From Patescibacteria group bacterium (GTDB lineage Bacteria; Patescibacteriota; Minisyncoccia; UBA6257; GWB1-50-10), in the NCBI GenBank assembly GCA_024239035.1, contig JANBVK010000001.1, positions 423,062-487,061 on the forward strand: a stretch of DNA of 64,000 bases, read 5' to 3'. The first letter of the stretch is position 1, and the number at the start of each line of letters is the position of its first letter. The notes under the pieces are model-generated. The model did no database searches, was not told the DNA's origin, and saw only the letters and a program-made list of their open reading frames with translations. Position numbers and translations under genes: made by a program. Shown one piece after another: positions 57,151 through 64,000 of this stretch.

Positions 57151-60032
57151 AATACGATTTTCAGAAAATAGAACGCAGGTGGCAGAAATTCTGGCGTGAG
57201 AAGAAAGTTTACGAGCCCCTTAACATGACTCGGGGCAAGCCAAACCTAAAGTTATCCACCAGCCGGCAGAAACCTTTCTATAACTTGATGATGTTCCCTT
57301 ATCCGTCGGCCGAAGGGTTGCATGTGGGAAACATGTATGCTTTTACCGGCGGTGACGTTTACGGCAGATTCAAGCGGATGCAGGGGTTCAATGTATTTGA
57401 ACCAATGGGGCTTGATGGTTTCGGGATTCACTCAGAGAACTATGCTTTGAAAATCGGCGTCCATCCGATGAAACAGGCTGAAATTTCCGAGAAGAGATTT
57501 TACAAACAACTTGAGATGATCGGTAATGGTTTTGCCTGGGATGAAAGACTTGAAACTTATGACCCCAAATATTACCGCTGGACTCAGTGGATTTTTGTCC
57601 AACTATTTAAGCATGGCCTCGCCTACCGTAAAAAGGCACCAGTTAACTGGTGTCCGAGTTGTAAAACCGTGCTCGCTGATGAGCAGGTTATCACGGGCAG
57701 ATGTGAACGGTGCTCGCACTTAGTTATTAAAAAAGAGCTTGAGCAATGGTTTTTTAAAATTACAAAGTATGCTGACAAACTGCTTAAAAATTTAGACAAA
57801 ATTGATTGGTCAGAACGGGTAAAAATTGCCCAGCGAAATTGGATCGGCCGTTCAGAGGGAGCAGAGATTGAATTTAGAATTAAGAATCATGAGTCAAGCA
57901 TAAAAGTTTTCACTACCCGCCCGGATACACTTTTCGGTGCGACTTATATGGTTCTAGCTCCGGAGCATGAGTTGATTGAGAATCTAGAATCCAGCATTAA
58001 TAACTTAGAGGAAGTTAAAAAATACGTTAAAAAAGCCGGAAGTGAAAGCGATGAAGAACGGATTGCCGAAGACAGGGAAAAATCAGGGGTGGAGTTGAAA
58101 GGCGTAAAAGCAGTTAACCCGGCAACAAAAGAAGAAATTCCGATATGGGTTGCGGATTATGTGTTGGGTCATGTTGGTACCGGCGCAATTATGGCTGTGC
58201 CGGCACACGATGAGCGCGACCTTGAGTTTGCGATAAAATATGACTTACCGGTTCGTCAAGTTGTAGAAGCAGAATATACGCAAATGACCGAGCCCGGTAT
58301 GGTAAAAAAAGAATTACCATTCGTTGAGCGAGATGGAATTATTGCTATTATCAAACATTGGTCCGAAGAAAAGTATATTGGATTGAAGTGGAAATCAGTA
58401 GCATGGGGTACTTGGGTTACGGGTGGTATTGAAAAGGACCAGACGCCGGAGCAGGCCGCTCGCGCGGAGGTGTTGGAAGAAGTTGGATATCGCAATCTTA
58501 GATTTGTAAAAGATTTGGGTATTGTGCATGGTAAGTTTTACCACGTGCCCAAGAAAGAAAATCGTTGGGTGCATGCCCACTGTCTTTATTTTGAGCTTGA
58601 AGACGATGCTCGCGACGAAGTATCAGAGAAAGAAAAAGCGATTCACGAATTAACTTGGCTTTCAAAAGAAGAAGTTGAAAGGTTTCTTACCCCCAGTACT
58701 CATCTATGGGCGTGGCGAAAATTATGCGGCGAGTTAGTGTATATTGGAAATGGTTATCTTAAAAATTCCGGCAAATTTGATGGTATCGCATCGGAGAAAG
58801 CTAAATGGGAAATTACAAAATTCGTCGGCGGAAAAAAAGAGATTCATTATCGTATCCGCGACTGGTTGATTTCTCGTCAGCGTTACTGGGGTGTGCCGAT
58901 CCCTATGATTTATTGCGAACGGTGTGACTGGCAGCCTGTTCCGGAAAAAGATTTACCTGTGAAACTCCCTTTCATTAAAGACTTCCGACCAAAAGGGAAG
59001 GGCCAATCTCCTCTTGCATCAGAAAAATCTTTTTATGAAACAAAATGCCCTAAATGTGGCGGCGCGGCACGGCGGGAAACGGATGTGTCGGATACTTTCT
59101 TGGATTCCGCCTGGTATTATCTTCGTTACCCTTCGACTCGCTCTGCTCACTCAGGGCAAGTCCCGTGGGACCCGGAAATTACCAAGAAGTGGTTACCGGT
59201 TGATATGTATATTGGCGGCGCGGAGCACTCGGTATTGCATCTTTTATATTCTCGGTTTTTAGCAATGGCGTTTAATGATTGGGGGCTGGTTCATTTTAAG
59301 GACGGAGAACCGTTTACTGTATTCCGTGCTCACGGTCTTTTGATCAGTGAAGGAAAGAAAATGTCAAAGTCAAAAGGGAACATTGTAAATCCGGATTTCT
59401 ATGTTAAGAAATTTGGTGCTGACGCGTTTCGGATGTATCTTATGTTTTTGGCGCCCTTTGAGCAGGGTGGTGATTTTCGCGATGCAGGAATTTTAGGGAT
59501 TACGCGGTTTTTGGAAAGAGTTTGGAAATTATTTAATAATGATAAAAAAGACAAGAAGGACATAGACAAAAACCTAGAAAAATCATTACATCAATCAATT
59601 AAGAAAGTAACAGAAGATATTGAAAATTTACATTATAATACTGCAATCAGTACGTTAATGATTTTATTAAGTAAAATGGAAGAGCAAGGAGATAAATTGT
59701 CGACTGGCATATATCAAACATTCCTGAAGCTTCTTGCTCCCTTCGCGCCGCACATTACAGAAGAATTGTGGAGCCAATTAGGGAGCAAAAAATCAATTCA
59801 TATAGAACCTTGGCCCGCATACAACCCAAAGCTTATAGAAGAAGAAACCTTTAAGCTGATAGTGCAAGTGAATGGTAAGATGAGAGATACGATAACGGCA
59901 GATACCGGAATTTCCCAAAAAGAAGCCGAGGCAATTGCCTTATCTTTAGAAAACATAAAGAGGCACATAGGGAATAAAAAAAGTAAAAAGATTATTTTTG
60001 TGAAAGATAGATTAATTAATTTTGTGATTTAA
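57147..60032 (+). CDS. leuS: leucyl-tRNA synthetase carrying a Nudix-fold insertion
   Basis: HIGH-region MFPYPSAEGLHVGN is present. CP1 editing motifs TTRPDTLFGAT and GTGAIMAVPAHDERD are present. KMSKS is present. An extra block of about 140 aa (about 58300..58700) lies between CP1 and RIRDW. It resembles MutT, but the leucyl-specific domain is absent. Confidence 0.85.
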   Translation: MKYDFQKIERRWQKFWREKKVYEPLNMTRGKPNLKLSTSRQKPFYNLMMFPYPSAEGLHVGNMYAFTGGDVYGRFKRMQGFNVFEPMGLDGFGIHSENYALKIGVHPMKQAEISEKRFYKQLEMIGNGFAWDERLETYDPKYYRWTQWIFVQLFKHGLAYRKKAPVNWCPSCKTVLADEQVITGRCERCSHLVIKKELEQWFFKITKYADKLLKNLDKIDWSERVKIAQRNWIGRSEGAEIEFRIKNHESSIKVFTTRPDTLFGATYMVLAPEHELIENLESSINNLEEVKKYVKKAGSESDEERIAEDREKSGVELKGVKAVNPATKEEIPIWVADYVLGHVGTGAIMAVPAHDERDLEFAIKYDLPVRQVVEAEYTQMTEPGMVKKELPFVERDGIIAIIKHWSEEKYIGLKWKSVAWGTWVTGGIEKDQTPEQAARAEVLEEVGYRNLRFVKDLGIVHGKFYHVPKKENRWVHAHCLYFELEDDARDEVSEKEKAIHELTWLSKEEVERFLTPSTHLWAWRKLCGELVYIGNGYLKNSGKFDGIASEKAKWEITKFVGGKKEIHYRIRDWLISRQRYWGVPIPMIYCERCDWQPVPEKDLPVKLPFIKDFRPKGKGQSPLASEKSFYETKCPKCGGAARRETDVSDTFLDSAWYYLRYPSTRSAHSGQVPWDPEITKKWLPVDMYIGGAEHSVLHLLYSRFLAMAFNDWGLVHFKDGEPFTVFRAHGLLISEGKKMSKSKGNIVNPDFYVKKFGADAFRMYLMFLAPFEQGGDFRDAGILGITRFLERVWKLFNNDKKDKKDIDKNLEKSLHQSIKKVTEDIENLHYNTAISTLMILLSKMEEQGDKLSTGIYQTFLKLLAPFAPHITEELWSQLGSKKSIHIEPWPAYNPKLIEEETFKLIVQVNGKMRDTITADTGISQKEAEAIALSLENIKRHIGNKKSKKIIFVKDRLINFVI

Positions 60033-60034
60033 CT

Positions 60035-60928
60035 ATGCGTTACGTCGGATTAATCATAGTAATTATCATTGTAATCGTGATTATCTATAACGGAGTTTTA
60101 TGGGTATCCAGTAATCTAAGTCTTAGCGAAATTTTTTATCTGCCGTCAGGTCGGACTACGAGTTCAACCGTTGGATTAAAAGAGAAAACTACACCAAAGA
60201 TTAAAATTGAAATCTCGCCTAAAACCAGCGAACCCGTTAAACCCTCTATTACACCCCCACCGGGCTTCAGTTTAAGTGACCTCTCGCCGCGCTATGGAGA
60301 AGTGGATATCCGTTCAGTAAGACGCCCTTCCCGTATCGGGCAAGGGGGGCAATTTACTCTCCGCGCCAAAACATCTCTTGAAGAGTCAGTGAACGTCACG
60401 GAATGGAGAATAAAATCAAACGATGGAGAAATAATTCTTCGTGGAGCAAGGTCGTCGTTTGGTCCTATAAACATTACAAATATTATTATCCGTCCCGGTA
60501 CATCCGCAGTCGTGTATGGCGGCACAGTTTCTTCTATAGAGAACATAGAACTTAATAAATGCACCGGTTATTTGAACAACACTTATTCACCAGATCCGAA
60601 ATTGCCGAACAACTGTCCCCGACCGAGTCGCAGTGAAGTTACTGCCTTTTCTGGCGACTGCCAATCTTTTGTTTTATCGCTTAGGAGTTGTGAGATGCCG
60701 ACTACGGAAGACTTGAATAGATTCAGCGGCTCCGATGATGTTTCGTGTCACGTATTCTTGACTCGTCTGAATTATCAGAATTGTTACAACAAATATTCCA
60801 GGGATTCTAATTTCTTCTCGTACGGATGGCGGATATGGCTGGATCAAATTTTGCCGTTTGACTCCTCTCACGACCGACTTCTTCTCCTTGATAGGCAAGG
60901 TTTGTTGGTAGATGAGCACAGCTACTAG
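60035..60928 (+). CDS. membrane-anchored secreted hypothetical protein
   Basis: N-terminal transmembrane helix (LIIVIIIVIVIIY), then a Ser/Thr/Pro-rich linker and a Cys-containing C-terminal domain. Confidence 0.4.
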   Translation: MRYVGLIIVIIIVIVIIYNGVLWVSSNLSLSEIFYLPSGRTTSSTVGLKEKTTPKIKIEISPKTSEPVKPSITPPPGFSLSDLSPRYGEVDIRSVRRPSRIGQGGQFTLRAKTSLEESVNVTEWRIKSNDGEIILRGARSSFGPINITNIIIRPGTSAVVYGGTVSSIENIELNKCTGYLNNTYSPDPKLPNNCPRPSRSEVTAFSGDCQSFVLSLRSCEMPTTEDLNRFSGSDDVSCHVFLTRLNYQNCYNKYSRDSNFFSYGWRIWLDQILPFDSSHDRLLLLDRQGLLVDEHSY

Positions 60929-60933
60929 AGTTT

Positions 60934-61989
60934 CTACTTTCTTTCTCCTAGCACCACTTTTGTCTCAAAGGTTCTTTTACCTCTTAGAACTTTTAATGCA
61001 GCATTACTGCCGACTTCGCAGTCTTCAAGATAGTCCTGGATATTCTTCTCTGTGGTTATTTTTTGGCCGCCCCATTCCAGAATAATATCTTTTTCTCTGA
61101 GACCTGCTCTCGCCGCCGGACCCTTAGGGACAATTGCCTGGTCTAAGGGGTGTTCTTTCACGATAAGAGCTCCATACTCTACCGGTAGATTTAATTTCTC
61201 TTTTATGTCTTGGTTGAGGGTAAGATAACGGAGACCTAAGAAGGGACGGCGGATTACGCCGTGTTTTTTTAAATCTTCTAAATCTCTCTCCGCCGCCTTA
61301 ATTGGAATAGCAAAACCTATATTTTGAGCACCGTATACAACAGCAGTATTAATGCCTATAACGGCCCCGAAAATATCCGTAAGCGGACCGCCGGAATTAC
61401 CCGGATTTATAGCAGCGTCAGTTTGGATTAACCCTCGCATCTCTCGTGCTGGTGATGAAGGGTCAGGCTGCGCACTTATTGAGCGGGAAAGGCCGGAGAT
61501 AATGCCGGTTGAGACCGTATTTTTGAAAATACCGAGAGCGTTGCCAAAAGCGAGCACAGTCTGTCCCATTTCAGGATTCTCAGAATTACCCAATGACACA
61601 GTCTTCATTTTTTTTGGCGCGTGATTTGAGGGGTTTACTATCTTCAGTATTGCGACGTCGTCTAAAGGGTCGCGCGCCACAACCTCGGTCTTATATTTTT
61701 CTCCATCATTGGTAATAATCGTGTATTCTGCTCTCGGTTCGGCAATAACGTGCTTATTAGTTAAGATTGTTCCGTTTTCGCCAACAATGAATCCTGATCC
61801 TCCGCCAATCTGCACCATTCCATGGGCATCGATTTTATCCGGTGGTATATTGAGTTGGGGGTGTTCCCAGAAAGGGTACATCTGGGGCAACTCTCTTCTT
61901 AAATCGTCCAGCTTTTTTGATATAACGATTGAAACAACCGCCGGCATCACTTCCTTAACGGTATCTATTATTTGCGATTTTTCTTTCAT
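60934..61989 (-). CDS. HtrA/DegP-family trypsin-like serine protease with a C-terminal PDZ domain
   Basis: Catalytic triad context is present: TNKHVI (His), DVAILK (Asp), GNSGGPL (Ser). A PDZ domain follows at the C-terminus. Confidence 0.8.
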   Translation of the reverse strand: MKEKSQIIDTVKEVMPAVVSIVISKKLDDLRRELPQMYPFWEHPQLNIPPDKIDAHGMVQIGGGSGFIVGENGTILTNKHVIAEPRAEYTIITNDGEKYKTEVVARDPLDDVAILKIVNPSNHAPKKMKTVSLGNSENPEMGQTVLAFGNALGIFKNTVSTGIISGLSRSISAQPDPSSPAREMRGLIQTDAAINPGNSGGPLTDIFGAVIGINTAVVYGAQNIGFAIPIKAAERDLEDLKKHGVIRRPFLGLRYLTLNQDIKEKLNLPVEYGALIVKEHPLDQAIVPKGPAARAGLREKDIILEWGGQKITTEKNIQDYLEDCEVGSNAALKVLRGKRTFETKVVLGERK

Positions 61990-62073
61990 TGTTTTAGTTT
62001 TATTTATACTGCTCGCTAGAGAACCTTCATATTATGATAATATATAAACGCTCAATGCGAAACTAATATATTT

Positions 62074-63549
62074 ATGCACAGGTTTTTTGAAATTTTACCG
62101 GGTAGCTTGGTTTGGCTTACGTTCCTCTTGATGTTTTTGTTTTCCTGGAAATTTCCGTCTGCGGTAGCTATTTTTTTTATCCTCTACACATTTTACTGGC
62201 TGTTCAGAATTATTTACCTGCATTTTCACTTACGTTTCTCTTTTAACGAGGCGCGGGAAAACCTGAAAGTTAACTGGTTGGAGAAATTAAAGCAATTGAC
62301 ACCGAGTAACTGGCAAGAGATTTACCATTTAGTTGTTTTGCCAATGTATAAAGAACCAATTGAAGTGATTGAAGAAACTTTCAAGGCCCTTAAGGCGACT
62401 GATTATCCTAAAGACAGAATTATAGTGGTTCTTGCGACCGAGGAGCGAGCCGGCCTAGAAGCGAAAAAGACTGCTTCAAAAATAGAGAAAAAGTTCGGTA
62501 AAGATTTTTTTAAATTTTTAGTTACCAATCATCCTGATAATTTACCAAACGAGATTCCAGGTAAGGGTTCTAACGAGACTTGGGCTACAAAACAGGCAAA
62601 GGAGAAAATAATTGACGTCCTTGGTCTTAATTACGAACGTATCATTGCCTCTGTTTTTGATGTTGATACCCAGGTGCCGCCGGGATATTTTGGCCGATTA
62701 ACTTATGTGTTCTTGACATGCGATAATCCCCAGAGATCGAGCTATCAACCCATACCGCTTTTTGTAAACAACATATACCAAGCTCCGGTTTTCTCAAGAG
62801 TGATGTCTTTTTTTCCGACTTTTTGGCAGATGATGCAGCAGTCCCGATTCGAACAGCTTAGCACTTTTACCTCCCAGGCGATGCCTTTTAAGGCCTTGGT
62901 GGAAATTGGTTTTTGGGATACGCATTTAGTTTCGGAGGACTCACTTGTCTTCTGGAAATTTTACTTTCATTATGATGGCGATTGGCGCACCGAGCCGCTA
63001 TACTATCCCATCTCGATGGATGCTACCTCGGCTAAAACATTGTGGGGGACGGCAGTAAATCTTTATAAACAGCAGCGCCGTTGGGCATGGGGAGCGGAAA
63101 ATATCCCTTATATGTTAAGCGGCTTTGTAAAAAATAAGAAAATCCCTTTTCGTAAAAAGGTTTTTTGGACGTTTGTTTTTATGGAAGGATTTCACTCTTG
63201 GGCTACCTCTCCTTTTATTCTTTTTATACTTGGTTGGTTGCCACTTTTTCTAGGCAGTTACGAGTTTAGCTTGACGCTCTTGTCGTATAACTTTTCCAGG
63301 ATATCGGGTTTTATATTAAATTTTTCCGTTGCAGGCCTTATTGCCTCGGCGGTTTTAAGCATCGTCTTATTACCACCTAAGCCGAAATGGTTTCGTAAAA
63401 AACACTACATCGTTTATTTCCTGCAGTGGCTTCTCGTTCCTGTCCTCTTGGTTGTCTTTAGCGCGATCCCCGCAGTCGAGTCTCAAACCCGGCTGATGTT
63501 GGGCGGCAGGTTCCGTCTCGGATTCTGGCCGACGCCGAAAAATCGTTAG
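62074..63549 (+). CDS. family-2 processive glycosyltransferase (cellulose/chitin-synthase-like) membrane protein
   Basis: N-terminal transmembrane helices. GT-A core with D, DxD (FDVDT), ED and QQRRW (QxxRW) motifs. A C-terminal transmembrane bundle follows. Confidence 0.6.
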   Translation: MHRFFEILPGSLVWLTFLLMFLFSWKFPSAVAIFFILYTFYWLFRIIYLHFHLRFSFNEARENLKVNWLEKLKQLTPSNWQEIYHLVVLPMYKEPIEVIEETFKALKATDYPKDRIIVVLATEERAGLEAKKTASKIEKKFGKDFFKFLVTNHPDNLPNEIPGKGSNETWATKQAKEKIIDVLGLNYERIIASVFDVDTQVPPGYFGRLTYVFLTCDNPQRSSYQPIPLFVNNIYQAPVFSRVMSFFPTFWQMMQQSRFEQLSTFTSQAMPFKALVEIGFWDTHLVSEDSLVFWKFYFHYDGDWRTEPLYYPISMDATSAKTLWGTAVNLYKQQRRWAWGAENIPYMLSGFVKNKKIPFRKKVFWTFVFMEGFHSWATSPFILFILGWLPLFLGSYEFSLTLLSYNFSRISGFILNFSVAGLIASAVLSIVLLPPKPKWFRKKHYIVYFLQWLLVPVLLVVFSAIPAVESQTRLMLGGRFRLGFWPTPKNR

Positions 63550-63731
63550 CGGAGGGTAGAGGGAATCGAACAAAATAATTTGGTTAACAAATTATTTTCT
63601 CAGAACCCTCGGTTCTGAGTAATCTCCAATACGGGGAGACCTAAAACTTCTCCCCGACCCCCTCTCGTGTTCGAATCCCACTGACAAGATATACAAAAGG
63701 GATATCACAAGGACATCTCTTTTGTATATTT
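63549..63731 (-). repeat. tRNA-trailer element copy B
   Basis: Downstream of tRNA-Ser on the minus strand. Order: AT-rich hairpin (atatacaaaag/cttttgtatat), conserved core (plus 63596..63683), AT hairpin (aaaataatttg-gttaac-caaattatttt), then a 23-nt near-copy of the tRNA-Ser 3' end (63549..63571 versus 63732..63754). Confidence 0.6.
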
Positions 63732-63732
63732 G

Positions 63733-63819
63733 CGGAGGGTAGAGGATTCGAACCTCTGAGGGGATTTCTCCCCAACCGCATTTCGAGTGCGGCGCATTAG
63801 ACCGCTCTGCCAACCCTCC
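63733..63819 (-). tRNA. tRNA-Ser(CGA), type II
   Basis: Acceptor stem ggagggt/accctcc. Anticodon stem ccgca/tgcgg with loop ctCGAaa. Long variable arm. T-arm agagg-ttcgaat-cctct. Confidence 0.75.
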
Positions 63820-63820
63820 G

Positions 63821-63893
63821 TACCCTCGAGAGGAATCGAACCCCTATCACCGCGTTAGGAGTGCGGTGCTCTATCCATTTGAGCTACGAGGGC
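63821..63893 (-). tRNA. tRNA-Arg(CCT)
   Basis: Acceptor stem gccctcg/cgagggt (with a G-U pair). D-arm gctc/gagc. Anticodon loop ctCCTaa. T-loop ttcgatt. There is one A-C mismatch at the base of the anticodon stem. Confidence 0.6.
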
Positions 63894-63970
63894 ATAAAAA
63901 CTTGCTCTATATAGTTATAATTTAAGTTGATTAGAGTGTAAAGTTTTGTTATTATCTAGCTTGTTAAACG

Positions 63971-64000
63971 GGCGGTTAGCTCAGTTGGTTAGAGTGTCTC
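63971..64000 (+). tRNA. 5' portion of a tRNA truncated by the window edge
   Basis: gggcggttagctcagttggttagagtg gives an acceptor 5' strand plus a D-arm. The anticodon is not in the window. Confidence 0.5.

Noticed and set aside
1-64000. CRISPR arrays, rRNA genes, transposases or IS elements
   Set aside because: No regularly spaced direct repeats, rRNA-like sequence or transposase-like ORFs were seen on reading the window. Only the tRNA-linked elements and a Xer-like recombinase were found.

Overview
This 64-kb window looks like a compact, gene-dense bacterial chromosome segment, probably from a Candidate Phyla Radiation (Patescibacteria) lineage. That assignment is inference from gene content: a membrane H+-pyrophosphatase, a short valyl-tRNA synthetase and a leucyl-tRNA synthetase without the leucyl-specific domain, a dimeric glyQS-type glycyl-tRNA synthetase, conjugation-type (type IV secretion) pilin-like genes, and many small unknown proteins. 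Standard genetic code is used; the TGA stop is used in overlapping ATGA gene junctions.

The core genes are ordinary housekeeping functions:
- Translation: ksgA, rpsA, rpsO, and glycyl-, valyl- and leucyl-tRNA synthetases.
- DNA metabolism and repair: ftsK, recA, recO, gyrA, a Xer-like tyrosine recombinase.
- Other: glyA, folD, ftsH, pnp, nusA, murD, tsaD, tatD.
- RNA genes: six complete tRNAs plus one truncated at the window edge.

The accessory or unusual content is the more interesting part:
1. The minus-strand operon at 1..5822 encodes a PrgI/VirB3-like protein, a TrbL/VirB6-like polytopic membrane protein, and secreted and anchored unknown proteins.
2. Three tandem paralogous pilin-like genes with the topology of type IV secretion pilins sit at 25089..26349.
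3. A GC-richer block at 26475..29470 carries an SPFH (band 7) protein with a NfeD-like partner, a 74-aa miniprotein with six CxxCxGxG repeats, and an unknown protein.
4. Each of the three transcription units in that block is preceded by an identical 35-bp consensus sigma70-type promoter cassette.
5. Two tRNAs, tRNA-Leu(TAG) and tRNA-Ser(CGA), are each followed by a homologous ~190-bp structured trailer element that ends in a duplicated copy of that tRNA's 3' end.
6. The leucyl-tRNA synthetase carries a MutT-like Nudix-fold insertion with a degenerate Nudix box.
7. A phosphohexomutase gene is split by a frameshift at an A5 homopolymer.
8. Additional curiosities: a perfect 40-bp palindrome operator upstream of an AbrB/MazE-like gene, a tRNA-Ile with a UAU anticodon, and a degenerate copy of the tRNA-Val 5' half next to the recombinase gene.

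All calls rest on reading motifs in the supplied translations and DNA; no database search was run.
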